A stretch of DNA of 64,000 bases. It comes from a bacterium (GTDB lineage: Bacteria; J088; JAWLBW01). The notes under the pieces are model-generated. The model was not told where the DNA came from. It ran no database searches and saw only the letters and a list, made by a program, of their open reading frames with translations. The stretch lies in NCBI GenBank assembly GCA_041690355.1, contig JAWLHK010000017.1, positions 1 through 64,000 of the forward strand. Direction: 5' to 3'. Positions 1 through 10,320 of the stretch are shown here, piece after piece (position 1 is the first letter of the stretch; every line of letters begins with the position of its first letter). The position numbers were made by a program, and so were the translations under genes.

Positions 1-2
1 TC

Positions 3-440
3 GTCGACGTCTTCGGCGGCGTGGGTAATTTCGGGCTGCCCCTCGCCCGGCGGGGGAAAAAGGTGCTCGGCCTCGAGGGGAGCGCCGCCGCCGTCGCCGA
101 CGCCCGGGAGAATGCGCGCGCGCTCGCCCTGCAGGCGCGCTGGGAACGCGCCGACGAGGGGGCGATGGTCGAAGCCTGGCGGCGCGCGGGATGGCCGCCC
201 GAGAGCGAGCTTCTGCTCGATCCTCCACGGGGCGGCGCCCGCCGGTTTCTGCAATCCCTCGGGCGGCTCAAGCGTCTACCCGCAGCCGTGATCTACGTGA
301 GCTGCGAGCCATCGACGCTCGCGCGCGACGCCCGCGCCCTGGGCGCCCTCGGCTATACGCCCGATTCGGCCCGCGCCTTCGACATGTTCCCCCAGACCCA
401 TCACGTCGAGACGGTCGTCCGCTTCGTGCGGTCGGCGTAG
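3..440 (+). CDS. RlmD/TrmA-family RNA m5U methyltransferase, C-terminal part (5' truncated by window edge)
   Basis: Frame open from base 3: VDVFGGVGNF (SAM motif), LLDPPRGG, IYVSCEPSTLARD, FDMFPQTHHVE. Confidence 0.85.
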   Translation, partial: VDVFGGVGNFGLPLARRGKKVLGLEGSAAAVADARENARALALQARWERADEGAMVEAWRRAGWPPESELLLDPPRGGARRFLQSLGRLKRLPAAVIYVSCEPSTLARDARALGALGYTPDSARAFDMFPQTHHVETVVRFVRSA

Positions 441-534
441 GACCCGCCGGACGTTTCGTGAAGCACGCGCGCCGCGGGGCGAGGCGGCTGTGATTGACAG
501 CCTGCAAGGAGATTGGGGAGAATATAGGGCCAAA

Positions 535-2208
535 ATGACCCGCTATTTTCTCGCTTTGCTCGGTTTGCTCTCCCTGGTTCCGTCGAGCGTTGCGGCTTCG
601 CAGTATGAGGCCACGCTGCTGGAGGAACGCAGCCTCCGTTACGAAAACGGTTTCGGGCTGCTCCAGGACGACTTCGACGCCTTTTACAGCGCGCGGCTGC
701 TGCCCGATCTGGGCGGCCGGCGCTTTCTGACGCACTACGCGGGCCTTTACGGCGACGGGTCGGTGCTTCTCGGCTATGGCTCGGGGGCGACCGACGCCCT
801 GTCCTGGTCGCTGCTGGCCGGCGGGATGGCGTCTTCGAGCGCCGATCTTACCGCGCGCAATGACATCCAGTCTCTCGACGGCAATGCGGGCCTTATCCGC
901 CGGTCGCTCGGGTCGCTTGACGTCGGGAGCATTCCGGCCGACAGCGCCGACGCGCGCGCGAGCCTCGGTCTCGGTCGTCGGCTGGGACGCACCATGCTCG
1001 GCCTTTCGCTATCGGCCGTCTGGCGGTCAGAGGGGGCCGATCGAGTGGCCAACCCCCCGTCGCTGTTCAGTTTCGAGGCGCCGCGCGGCGTCCCCGAACA
1101 GGAAACCCGGCGGATCGACGCCATCGACGGGAACGCGCAGCTGTCGCAGGCCGAACGCCTGGTCGACCCGCGCACCGAGACAGAGCGGTTGCGCCTCGGC
1201 GCGACACTTTCTTACGGAAGCGTCGCGCCCGAAGACGGCTGGGGTTGGAGTCTCGACCTGCTCGGCGGCTGGGAGAGCCTCTCGGATGAGCGTACGGTTT
1301 CGGCACGGACCGCAGGCGCCGAGAACGGAATGTCGCTGATCGAGACCTACGAAAGCGACGCACGGGTCGAAGGCTCGTCACCGTTCGCCGGCGCCGCGCT
1401 GACCTTCGTGCGCAACGCCGGCAGCCCGTACTGGATCGACATCGGCGGCGAGGCGGTTTTCGGCGCGCCCGTCGACGGCCGCTACGGCGAGACGCGGGGC
1501 CGGACGGTCACGGCGATTGAAGCCGGCGGCCTCTCGCGCGCGTTCGAGCGAACCGAGACCCGCCTTGACAGTCAGTCGGCGACGCTCGGCCGCCGCTACC
1601 GGGGCACGGCCGGTTTCAGGCGCTTTCACGCCGTCGACCCCCTGTTCGACTTCGGATGGGCCGTGCGCGCCAACTGGTTTTCAGCCGGCGACGAGGCCCG
1701 CTACGTCTCTGCCTTTCGCGTCGAGGAATCGTTCGATGAAGACGGCGACGGGCGCGTGGGGGGCGACGAGATGCGTTCGCTCGCCATCGGCCAGAGCGAA
1801 TCGAGTTACACGCTGGATTACCGGGAATGGTCGATCGACGTGCCGCTCGTGTTCGTCCTTCGCGACCGGGTCGATTCGCCGCTGGAGTGGCGCCTGGGTT
1901 CGCAGTTCCGCTACGTCAACGCAAGTCTCGACGAGGCCCAGCGGCTCGATCGCCTGACCGTCCCCTCGGGCTCGCGTTTCGAAGGTGACGCGGCGACCCC
2001 CATCCGCTACGCCGACATGACGTTGCCTGCCGGCGCGGCCCGGCTTGCCGATCGTTCGGAACTCAGCGTCGACCTGCGGGCCGGTGTCGGGTACTGGATC
2101 ACCGGCGCCGTGAAAGTCGATCTTCTGTTTTCCTTTGTCCCCGAACCCGGCCGCTTCGTCGACCTCGAGAGCCCCGACTTCGGCTTGACCGCCCTGGTTG
2201 CCTTCTGA
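535..2208 (+). CDS. Secreted/outer-membrane beta-barrel-like hypothetical protein
   Basis: Signal peptide MTRYFLALLGLLSLVPSSVAA, alternating amphipathic strands, C-terminal Phe, DEDGDG Ca-binding-like motif; ATG 535 chosen over GTG 490. Confidence 0.6.
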   Translation: MTRYFLALLGLLSLVPSSVAASQYEATLLEERSLRYENGFGLLQDDFDAFYSARLLPDLGGRRFLTHYAGLYGDGSVLLGYGSGATDALSWSLLAGGMASSSADLTARNDIQSLDGNAGLIRRSLGSLDVGSIPADSADARASLGLGRRLGRTMLGLSLSAVWRSEGADRVANPPSLFSFEAPRGVPEQETRRIDAIDGNAQLSQAERLVDPRTETERLRLGATLSYGSVAPEDGWGWSLDLLGGWESLSDERTVSARTAGAENGMSLIETYESDARVEGSSPFAGAALTFVRNAGSPYWIDIGGEAVFGAPVDGRYGETRGRTVTAIEAGGLSRAFERTETRLDSQSATLGRRYRGTAGFRRFHAVDPLFDFGWAVRANWFSAGDEARYVSAFRVEESFDEDGDGRVGGDEMRSLAIGQSESSYTLDYREWSIDVPLVFVLRDRVDSPLEWRLGSQFRYVNASLDEAQRLDRLTVPSGSRFEGDAATPIRYADMTLPAGAARLADRSELSVDLRAGVGYWITGAVKVDLLFSFVPEPGRFVDLESPDFGLTALVAF

Positions 2209-4484
2209 TGAGCCTGCGCAGCGCGACATGGATGGCGGTGGTCCTGGCGGCGCTCGGGTCGGGTGCCTGCAGCGGCGACGCACGCCTGCCCGTACCGCCG
2301 GGCGGCACGGTGCTTTCGGGCGAGCGGGAGGGCCTGGTCTCGGTCGTCGACCTGCGGCGCGACGATGCCTGCCCCGGCACGCGCGTCACGTTTACGATGC
2401 GCTTTTCGCGCCCCATGCGCCGGGGGCCGGTGGAGGGGTCGCTTTTTGCGGCCCAGATCGTTGGCGACGCCCTGGGCGGCCGCATTCCGCTCAGCGAGAG
2501 CCGGGTCGCGCCCGTGCCCGAAGTGAGCCGGTGGGAGGACGGCAACCGGCAGTATGTGTTTTCCCTCGATCTCGAGGATGACCGCCAGTACGTCATTGTC
2601 CTTCCCGCCTCGGTCACCGATCAGACCGGAAAAGCCCTCGACGGGCGGGTGGGCTCCGATACCGACGGTGACGGCGTACGCGACCTCGCCGACGACGCGG
2701 GTCAGATGGCGCGCGCCGACGACGATTACGTCGTGCTCCCGGCCGACTTTCACTCCCTTCCGTTTTTTGCCTGCACAGACGACCGGGCACCCTCGGTGTG
2801 GATCGTGCCCCTGAACCATTCGCGGCCGCGCGTGCTGGCGTTCGAAGGTCTGCTTGCCGATCGGTTCGATCCGCCGCGCTATCTTCCGGACAACGGTTTG
2901 TTTCCCTTCGCCGTAGAAGACGGGGCTTACGTGGTCGAAGAACCCATGCCCACGACGGGGGTGCTGCGCCTGCGGATTGCTTCGCCGAATACCGGGCCGA
3001 CGCTCGGGTTTGCGCATCGTCCGGCTCCGTCGGCGCACGGCCCGATTCCGCTGCTGCCGTCGACCCTCGGCCTCGCCGTCGCCGACAACAACGGCTCGAG
3101 CCTCGAGCCGCGGGTCTATCTGGACAATCGGCTTCAAGTGCCGTCGCCGCTGGTGGGGACCATCGACAGCGTTTCTGAAACGGGGTTCGGCTCGCCGGCG
3201 CTCGCCGGCATCCCCGATGGCGCGCTGGCCGGTTCGAACGTGGTTTTTCGCTCGCCGGCGGGCTACGTGTATTCGTTCGCCGTGACCGGCAACGTGGCCA
3301 GCCCGCCGCGGCTCTGGATTGACCCGCTGTACTGGAGCGACGAGCACGTCATCGTGCGGACCGAGAATCAGGATGCGCTGTTTTTTCCGGGCGGCGCCTT
3401 CCGCGCCAACGAAATCGCCGGTTTCCGGGTGCTTTCGGAGAACCCGGTCGACCCGCCGCTGGTCGCCCAGAGCAACGGCGCGAAGGAGGTGCCGGTCGTC
3501 GGCGGCCGCTTCAGCATCGCCTGCGCGAAAGCGCGCGCCACGAGCGGAGGCTGCCGATACGACGTGCTCGCCGACCTGACGACGCTCGAGCTGCAGGGGC
3601 TCGCATTCGAGATCGCGCCGGACTACCTCTACGTGAAGACCGACGGGCTTCTGAACCAGCAGATCTACGAGCTGCAGCTGAACCCGGAGCCCGAGGCGAT
3701 GACCGACTGGATGGGCTCGCCGTTCGTCGACGGCAGGGCCGACGGAAACGAGCGACTCGCCGAGCCCGAAGATACCTGGGCGGTGCGGTTTCCGACCGGC
3801 GACTTCCGCACGATGCCCATCCCGCCTTCGCTGCAGATCAATGACGGCCGGTGGTACAGCCCGTTTCCCGAGGGGTCACAGCCGGGCGCCACGGTGTCCT
3901 TCGGCAGCTTCGGCCCCTACACGTATCTCGCCAACGGCATGCTGGGGCGCTACGTCGCGGCGTGCGACGGCAGCCGTGCCGTTCCGACGCTGACCGAGCT
4001 GGCGATGACGTTCGTGACGCCGAACGGAAAACCGCAGCAGATCGGGCCCGATGACCTGCTCACGACGGGCATCGTCTCTGCGGAAACGATTGTCGGCTAT
4101 CGACTCGCCGAGGGCGCTCCGATCGGAATCGGTCTGCAGGTCACGGCCGTCACGGTGCAGACCGACGTCTATCAAGGCGGGATGCTCATCGAGCGGCATC
4201 CCGCGACCTTGGCGCGCATCATCCCGCCCGACTCGGGCGCACAGCGGCGGCTCGCGGGGACCGATGGACTGTGCGGCACAGCCGACGACCACACCGTTAC
4301 AGGCACCCGCCCCTGGACGGCCGGCGATCGGATTCTCCTCTCGCACCTCATCAGCCATCCGCGCGGCGACCGCAACACGCTCGACGGCAACTTCGACGGC
4401 ATCGCCTCGCCGGGTACCCTCGATGACGTCATCTTCGTCTACGAACCGGCTGCGCCCGAGATTTTCCGCCGCGGAACCCGCTGA
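2208..4484 (+). CDS. Large lipoprotein with Ig-like (SbsA/Big_5-like) region and DxDxDG motifs
   Basis: Lipobox-like GSGAC; FTMRFSRPM...YVIVLPASVTDQTGKALDG Ig-like signature; DTDGDGVRD, DGNFDG; TGATG coupling to the upstream gene. Confidence 0.65.
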   Translation: MSLRSATWMAVVLAALGSGACSGDARLPVPPGGTVLSGEREGLVSVVDLRRDDACPGTRVTFTMRFSRPMRRGPVEGSLFAAQIVGDALGGRIPLSESRVAPVPEVSRWEDGNRQYVFSLDLEDDRQYVIVLPASVTDQTGKALDGRVGSDTDGDGVRDLADDAGQMARADDDYVVLPADFHSLPFFACTDDRAPSVWIVPLNHSRPRVLAFEGLLADRFDPPRYLPDNGLFPFAVEDGAYVVEEPMPTTGVLRLRIASPNTGPTLGFAHRPAPSAHGPIPLLPSTLGLAVADNNGSSLEPRVYLDNRLQVPSPLVGTIDSVSETGFGSPALAGIPDGALAGSNVVFRSPAGYVYSFAVTGNVASPPRLWIDPLYWSDEHVIVRTENQDALFFPGGAFRANEIAGFRVLSENPVDPPLVAQSNGAKEVPVVGGRFSIACAKARATSGGCRYDVLADLTTLELQGLAFEIAPDYLYVKTDGLLNQQIYELQLNPEPEAMTDWMGSPFVDGRADGNERLAEPEDTWAVRFPTGDFRTMPIPPSLQINDGRWYSPFPEGSQPGATVSFGSFGPYTYLANGMLGRYVAACDGSRAVPTLTELAMTFVTPNGKPQQIGPDDLLTTGIVSAETIVGYRLAEGAPIGIGLQVTAVTVQTDVYQGGMLIERHPATLARIIPPDSGAQRRLAGTDGLCGTADDHTVTGTRPWTAGDRILLSHLISHPRGDRNTLDGNFDGIASPGTLDDVIFVYEPAAPEIFRRGTR

Positions 4485-4552
4485 ACGCTCCGCCCGCCGG
4501 GGCCCATCGTAGCTTGCGTGCAGTCCCTTCGGATCGCTAGCATGGCTTGCGT

Positions 4553-5194
4553 ATGGAAGTTTTTCGCGGTCCTCTCGGCGTCTACCCCATTGCCCGTGAC
4601 GGGCGTCCGGCCTTTCGGCCCCGGCGGGGTTACCGGCTCACCATTTTCCGCGACAGCGGCTCGCCCTGCTTCTTCGAGATCCTGCTGCCGGTGCTCGAAA
4701 TTTTTGATGTTTTCCGCAGTCTGAGCGATCTGCTTCCCGAGATGGTGTATCCCATTCTCGAGCGCCCGCCGGAACCGGAAGAAGATCTGCCTCCGTGGCC
4801 GCACGGCCGCTTCGCGTCGCTGGGCAGCTACATGCCTCGCCGCCTCGTGCTGCCGCGTTTTCTCGAGCACGCCTTTCAGATTCAGAATGACGGGATGCTG
4901 GGGGCGGGCATGGCCGGCCGTACCGATGAGGACGCCTTTCGTGAGGTCTTTCTCGACGAGCACAAAACGCTCCGGTTCATCACCGAATCGCCCGACGAAG
5001 TTCACAGACTGCTCGACGAACACGGCGTCCCCTACGACGAGGACCTCGTGCTCGTCTCCGAACGTCCCCACGCGCATAAATCGCTGGTGGCGCTCGACGA
5101 GCTTCGCGACCTGTTCGCCGAGCCCGAGCTCGCCTACGACAGCATCTTCAACCGCATCGCCCGCGAACTCGGCCTGCCGCGCCGATACCCCTGA
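4553..5194 (+). CDS. Hypothetical protein
   Basis: 213-aa ORF with typical GC3 codon bias; no motif recognised. Confidence 0.6.
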   Translation: MEVFRGPLGVYPIARDGRPAFRPRRGYRLTIFRDSGSPCFFEILLPVLEIFDVFRSLSDLLPEMVYPILERPPEPEEDLPPWPHGRFASLGSYMPRRLVLPRFLEHAFQIQNDGMLGAGMAGRTDEDAFREVFLDEHKTLRFITESPDEVHRLLDEHGVPYDEDLVLVSERPHAHKSLVALDELRDLFAEPELAYDSIFNRIARELGLPRRYP

Positions 5195-5221
5195 GCGCGG
5201 CCGTCGGCTACAATGGTCCCC

Positions 5222-6235
5222 ATGTTGCGCGTGCAGGATTTCGTTTGCCCGCAGTGCCAGGCTGAACTCCGCGACGACGGCGCTTCGCTCGCCTGTACGG
5301 CCTGCGCCGCCGTCTACCCCGTACGTTACGGAATTCCGGACTTCAGGCCGGGCAGCGATCTCTCCATCTACTACGATGACGCCGCCGAGGCCGCCGAGCT
5401 GGCCGCGCGGGCCGAGTCGCTCGATTACGAGGCGCTCGAGACGCTGGCGTTCGGAAAGGCCGACACCTTTCAGCGCGCTTATCGCCGCGCGGCCGAAGCG
5501 CGGGGCGAAGACAACTGGGCCGAGGCCGAGCGACTGGCGGGCGGCGCCCCCACACCCGCCCTCGGGAGCGCGCTCGACATCGGCTGCGGCCCGGGGGGCA
5601 ATCTCGTTACCCTGGCCCGGCGCTTCGATCACGCCTACGGCGTCGACGTGAACTTCAAACTGCTCATCCTGGCCCGCAAGCGCCTGATGGACCGCGGGCT
5701 CGCCGACAAGGCGACGGTCATCGCGGCCAGCGCCGTGCAGCTCCCCTTTCGCACCGGACGCTTCGACTTCGTGACCGCCATGAACGTCATCGAGCACGTC
5801 GAGGATCAGCGCGGCATGGTCGCCGACGTGCATCGCGTGCTCGCCCGGGGCGGGCGGTTCTTCTTTGATTCTCCCAACCGCTTCACGCTGCTCCCCGAGC
5901 CGCACGTCAAGATCTGGGGCGTCGGTTTCGTCCCGCGGGCCTGGGCCGACGGCTACGTGAAGTGGATGGGGGGGTCGGGATATCAGGGCAAGCGCCTGCT
6001 TTCGCTCGTGGAGATGCGCCGCATGATGCGCCGCCATTACGGCAAGGGCTACGTGGTCGGCATCCCGTCGTTCGAGGAGCGCACTTACTTTCCGGAGGGG
6101 AAGTTGAAGAAGCTCGCGCGGCAGGCCTACAACGGCGCGTTCCGCAGGACTCCGCTCGTGCGCACCGCGCTTTTTCCCTTCGTCCCGACCTACCACGTGC
6201 TCGCGACCAAGCCGGGGGACCCGGTCCCTTCCTGA
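5222..6235 (+). CDS. Class I SAM-dependent methyltransferase with N-terminal Trm112-like Zn ribbon
   Basis: CPQC...CTAC...YPVRYGIPDF; ALDIGCGPG; LPFRTGRFDFV, NVIEHV. Start 5222 lies 7 nt after TACAAT (alternative 5213). Confidence 0.85.
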   Translation: MLRVQDFVCPQCQAELRDDGASLACTACAAVYPVRYGIPDFRPGSDLSIYYDDAAEAAELAARAESLDYEALETLAFGKADTFQRAYRRAAEARGEDNWAEAERLAGGAPTPALGSALDIGCGPGGNLVTLARRFDHAYGVDVNFKLLILARKRLMDRGLADKATVIAASAVQLPFRTGRFDFVTAMNVIEHVEDQRGMVADVHRVLARGGRFFFDSPNRFTLLPEPHVKIWGVGFVPRAWADGYVKWMGGSGYQGKRLLSLVEMRRMMRRHYGKGYVVGIPSFEERTYFPEGKLKKLARQAYNGAFRRTPLVRTALFPFVPTYHVLATKPGDPVPS

Positions 6236-6240
6236 GCGCG

Positions 6241-7311
6241 TCAGCGCTCGTGAAGGACGACGCGCTGGGAGCGGAGTTCCCGGAAAAAACGGTCGGGGTC
6301 GAGCACCTGCGCCGGCGCAAGCACGCCCCCGGGGCCCTTGTACTCCAGCAGACGCGCGGCCGTGTAGGCCTGAATCCAGGCCGTGATGCCGTAGATGTCG
6401 CGGCCGGTGACCACCGCCTGCGCCCGCCGCGCGCCGCGCCGCACGCGCACCGATATGGTGTAGGTAGTCTCCTGCCGGTGCTCTTCGCCCGGGCCCGACC
6501 GGCGCCGCGAGAGGCGCTTTTCGATCATGGGTTCGAATTGCCTGGCAAGCGGCGCGAGTACCGGCGCGAGTGACATGATGGCCGGCGCGGCGACGGAGGG
6601 AACGGCCATGAAAGTCTTTACCGCGGGGGTCTTCACGTGGAGGGGGATGGTCGCCAGCTCGCCCGAAGGAAAGGTGACGGCGGTCATCCGCCGGCCCAGC
6701 ATGGGGATGGGAATCAGGCGCAGATCGCGCGCAAACCGCTCGGGCATCCATCGGCCGTTGCGATAGGCCAGGCCGCCCTGCATGGTGACGCCGAGCGCCG
6801 AACGCATGGTTCCGACGGAGGTACGGAGGTTCTCGAGCGCATACAGAACCTCGACTTCGTCGGCGGGCATCTCATCGGCGAGAAGCGACGCGGCGCAGTC
6901 GGCCAGGGCCACCTCGTAGGCCGCGGCCGGAACCACGGCCACGCCGGCGCGCCGCGCAGACGAATCGTAACGTTCGTGGATGCGCAGCATGAAAGGCGCC
7001 TCGCCGGTCGTGTCGGCGTAGTGAACGCCGGCCTCGATGGCGGCGGCGACCATGGGCTCGCCGAAGAGTTCGAAAGGCCCCGCGCAGTTGAGCACGACGC
7101 GCCGCCCCCGCAGGGCCTCGAGGAGGGAATCGGGCCGCTCGAGGTCGGCGACCGCGACCGTCGGCCGCCAGGGAAGCCGGCGCGCCAGATCATCGAGTTT
7201 GCGCCGGTCTCTGCCGGCGATCGTAAAGGGGAGGCCGCGGTGGCAGAGGGCTCCGGCCACCAGTTGACCGGTATACCCCGTTGCGCCGTAGAGAAGGATC
7301 GGTTCAGGCAT
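6241..7311 (-). CDS. Saccharopine dehydrogenase-like NADP-binding oxidoreductase
   Basis: LYGATGYTG, IAGRD, VLNCAGPF, HYADTTGE motifs. Confidence 0.85.
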   Translation of the reverse strand: MPEPILLYGATGYTGQLVAGALCHRGLPFTIAGRDRRKLDDLARRLPWRPTVAVADLERPDSLLEALRGRRVVLNCAGPFELFGEPMVAAAIEAGVHYADTTGEAPFMLRIHERYDSSARRAGVAVVPAAAYEVALADCAASLLADEMPADEVEVLYALENLRTSVGTMRSALGVTMQGGLAYRNGRWMPERFARDLRLIPIPMLGRRMTAVTFPSGELATIPLHVKTPAVKTFMAVPSVAAPAIMSLAPVLAPLARQFEPMIEKRLSRRRSGPGEEHRQETTYTISVRVRRGARRAQAVVTGRDIYGITAWIQAYTAARLLEYKGPGGVLAPAQVLDPDRFFRELRSQRVVLHER

Positions 7312-7393
7312 GACCAGATGACGTCGAAGGTGAAAGTGGTGATCATACCACCGACGGACCCGGCCGGCGGCAAATTCTACCCTTCCAATCCGG

Positions 7394-8845
7394 TCAGCGC
7401 GATGCCGCGGCGGGCACCAGTCCGGCGGGGCGGGCGTCCTGCAGGCGGGCAGCTTCGCCGAACCAGCGGTCGCGCTCGGTCTTGAACTGCGTCAGGTACT
7501 TGCGGGGAACCGGATCGCCGGCCGGCAGCTTCACGCTCGCCGGGTTCACCGCACGGCCGTTGACCTTCATGCCGAAGTGCAGATGCGGCCCCGTCGAGCG
7601 GCCCGTCGTGCCGACCTTGCCGATGACCTGTTTCTGGCGCACGCGGGCACCGCGCTTGATGCCGGGGGCGATGCGCGACAGGTGGCTGTAGCTGGTCTCG
7701 TAGCCGTTGCGGTGCTTGATCTTGACCGCCTTGCCCGACGGCCCCATCCAGCCGGCGGCAATGACCACGCCGTCGGCGACCGACCAGATCGGCGTTCCGG
7801 TGGGGGCCGCATAGTCGACGCCGAGGTGCGGCTTGCGCTTCTTGAGCACCGGGTGAAAGCGGCTGTAGGTGAACCCCGAGGTGATCGCCGAAAAGCGCAG
7901 GGGCGTCTTGAGAAATGCCCGCCGGAGGCTGCGGCCCTCTTCGTCGAAGTATCCCGAAAATCCGTCGGGGGCCTCGAAGTAGGTGGCGGTCATCATCTCG
8001 CCGGCATTCTCGTAGGACGCCGTATAGATGCGCCCGTATCCGCGGAAGACATCTTTGTCGTAGAGCTTCTCGACCACCATCGTAAAGCGATCTCCCTTGC
8101 GCGTGGCCACCGAGAAGTCGACGGCCCAGGCGAAGATCTCGACGAAGGTCATGATGAGCTCGGCCTGCTCGCCGGCTGCCGCGACCGCTTCGAACAGCGT
8201 GCTTTCGACGACGCCGTTCACGAAGGCGAGCCGCCGTTCGAACTCCCGCTCGCGCCGCAGCGGCGTCCACTTGCCGTCGCTGACGAGAATCGAGTAGATC
8301 TCGCTGAAGCCGCGCTCATAGTTGAATTCGAGCAGCTCGCCGCCATCGGTCATGAGAATTTCGAAGCGATCCTGCGGCCGGATGCGGCGGTAATCCAACG
8401 TTCCGCGCAGGGTGCGGATGATGCGGCTGACGGTGTCTGCGGGTACGCCGGCCGAGTCGAGAGCGGTGCCGAAGGTATCGCCGGAATTGACCGTGCCGCT
8501 CAGGCGCAGAAAAGGCTCGGGCGGTCCCCAGAGCTCAGGCTGCTCGGGTTCGAGTTCGGGCGATTCGTGGGCGGCGAGCTCCTCGTCGCCCACCGCGTCA
8601 TCGGCCAGCGGCTCCATGTCTTCGGGGGGGAGCGTTTCGGGCTCGTCGGTCACGGCGGCCTGAATCTCCGGCCCGGTGGCCGTATCAGGGGCGTCTTCGC
8701 CGGTGTTGCGGCTGAGTGAGACGATGACGACGATCGAGGCGACGGCGGCCAGAAGGCCGAGTACGAGCACGGCCAGACGCCGGCGGGCCCGCTGCCTGCG
8801 CAGTTCCTGCTGGGGACGGAGGTACGAAGGGGTGCGCCGGTTCAC
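7394..8845 (-). CDS. M23-family peptidoglycan DD-endopeptidase (MepM/Csd3-like) with N-terminal TM anchor
   Basis: HLGVDYAAPTGTP (HxxxD), YSHLS, GRSTGPHLHF (HxH). Confidence 0.92.
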   Translation of the reverse strand: MNRRTPSYLRPQQELRRQRARRRLAVLVLGLLAAVASIVVIVSLSRNTGEDAPDTATGPEIQAAVTDEPETLPPEDMEPLADDAVGDEELAAHESPELEPEQPELWGPPEPFLRLSGTVNSGDTFGTALDSAGVPADTVSRIIRTLRGTLDYRRIRPQDRFEILMTDGGELLEFNYERGFSEIYSILVSDGKWTPLRREREFERRLAFVNGVVESTLFEAVAAAGEQAELIMTFVEIFAWAVDFSVATRKGDRFTMVVEKLYDKDVFRGYGRIYTASYENAGEMMTATYFEAPDGFSGYFDEEGRSLRRAFLKTPLRFSAITSGFTYSRFHPVLKKRKPHLGVDYAAPTGTPIWSVADGVVIAAGWMGPSGKAVKIKHRNGYETSYSHLSRIAPGIKRGARVRQKQVIGKVGTTGRSTGPHLHFGMKVNGRAVNPASVKLPAGDPVPRKYLTQFKTERDRWFGEAARLQDARPAGLVPAAASR

Positions 8846-9426
8846 GGAAGCCTCGCGTAGCCGGCGTCGGACTGCAAATCGATCGGGACGTCGAACATCA
8901 GGCGTCCTTCGAGGCGCCCTTCGGCATTGACGTGCGTGCGCAGGCCCGGTTCGATGGCCGGAACGAAACGCGCATTGAAGACATTGACGGCGTCATAGAT
9001 GAGTCGTTTTGCCTGCCCGGCGACCAGAGTCCCGCCGACGGCCAGCACGCCGCCCGAGATGATGACCGCCCAGGAGCCGGGCTGCCGGCCGGGATCTGTC
9101 CCCTCGCGAAGACGATACCACGTACCGCCGGCAAACATGGCGGTTCCGAGCAGAGAAACCGAATTCGCCGTCGTCGCCCAGTACCGGTAGCGCCGGGCGA
9201 GCGCCTGGGCTTCGGGAACGCCGCGAAAAGCCTTTTCGAGCCCCCAGCCCGTGAACGACCAGTACTCCTGCTCGCGGCCATGCCGGAAGAGAACCGGATT
9301 GCCCCAGAGGTTGATGCTCGTCTCGATGGGCGGCGGGTGCGCCGCCACCGGCGCGGCGGTGGCGAACAGCAGGCCGGCGGCCGCCAGCAGCAGGCGCAGG
9401 CAGAACGGGTGACGGCCGACCATCAT
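8842..9426 (-). CDS. Hypothetical exported/membrane protein
   Basis: Signal-like N-terminus, two hydrophobic segments; 4-nt overlaps with both neighbours. Confidence 0.6.
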   Translation of the reverse strand: MMVGRHPFCLRLLLAAAGLLFATAAPVAAHPPPIETSINLWGNPVLFRHGREQEYWSFTGWGLEKAFRGVPEAQALARRYRYWATTANSVSLLGTAMFAGGTWYRLREGTDPGRQPGSWAVIISGGVLAVGGTLVAGQAKRLIYDAVNVFNARFVPAIEPGLRTHVNAEGRLEGRLMFDVPIDLQSDAGYARLP

Positions 9427-10070
9427 CCCATGCGCATGCGGATGATTTCCGGCGGCGGGATGAGGGAGCCGGGGATAATCTCGTACATGAAGATCATGAA
9501 GCCGAGCAGCAGCACGCTGAAGACGGCGAACCAGACGACCGCCTGCCGGTTGCCTGCGATCTCGTCATCTTGGCGGATCATCCAGGCGACTGCCGCGCCC
9601 ATCGCGAAGAGAAGTGAGAGATAGATGAGAAACATCGGGCTCCCCTGCGGAACGATCTGCCGGCCGCTGCTGCCGAAGGCCAGCAGGTTGCGCGTGCTCT
9701 TGGCGAGGATCGTCACGATGAGCACCGACACGCCCGAACCGATGGCGGTCGCGCCGACGGCGAGCGTGCGCAGCGAAGACTGCGGGCGCGTGAAGGGGAG
9801 CGCCATGGCCAGAAGGGCGGGGAGCAGCGCGAGCAGAGCCGCGAAGCCTACCGTCCAGCTGCCGGTGCGCGCCGCCTCGATGAGCACGAGGGCACCGTTG
9901 CGCGTCGTGCCGAGCACGGTGACCCAGGGGACGAGCAGAAACGACAGGGCGCCGAAGAGCCCCGCCACGGCCGCCAGCCACAGCCACCCGGCGGCCAGGA
10001 TCGCAGCCTGGGGCGCCACGGCCGCCGACTCGGTCCGGCCCGTCTGTATGCGCTTCTTCTTCTTCGCCAT
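9423..10070 (-). CDS. Hypothetical multi-pass membrane protein
   Basis: MAKKKKR start after GGGAGG RBS; about 5 TM segments. Confidence 0.7.
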   Translation of the reverse strand: MAKKKKRIQTGRTESAAVAPQAAILAAGWLWLAAVAGLFGALSFLLVPWVTVLGTTRNGALVLIEAARTGSWTVGFAALLALLPALLAMALPFTRPQSSLRTLAVGATAIGSGVSVLIVTILAKSTRNLLAFGSSGRQIVPQGSPMFLIYLSLLFAMGAAVAWMIRQDDEIAGNRQAVVWFAVFSVLLLGFMIFMYEIIPGSLIPPPEIIRMRMG

Positions 10071-10099
10071 GCTGCCTCCCGGGGCCCGCAAAAGAAGTC

Positions 10100-10129
10100 A
10101 GGATACCCAAGCCCCTTTCTCCGTGTCAA
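10100..10129 (-). promoter_or_regulatory. Sigma70-type promoter for the 10070-7394 operon
   Basis: TTGACA-18-TATCCT on the minus strand. Confidence 0.5.
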
Positions 10130-10320
10130 ATCGGGCGGGGAACCCCGGACGGCCGATTTTCGGTTTGACATCAGGCACTTGGGGCGAAGGGGCCCGTGCG
10201 GGAGCGCCCCCGGCCTCGTGCAGCCTACCGCTTGGTAGAGCTTGCGTAGAGTCGGGCGGTTACGGTATAAACAACACTTTCATCCGCTCGTTTACCCGCC
10301 TTGGCCAAGGAGTTGTTGCC

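Noticed and set aside
4439-6751. 770-aa minus-strand ORF, and similar long ORFs such as 17115-19148, 21816-23603, 26685-29665, 32388-35532 and 36146-38095
   Set aside because: Antisense or alternate-frame shadows of well-supported genes; expected in high-GC DNA, with no motifs
9625-10320. N-terminal extension of the MaoC ORF
   Set aside because: Antisense to a membrane protein gene and runs through promoters; RBS and ATG are at 10321
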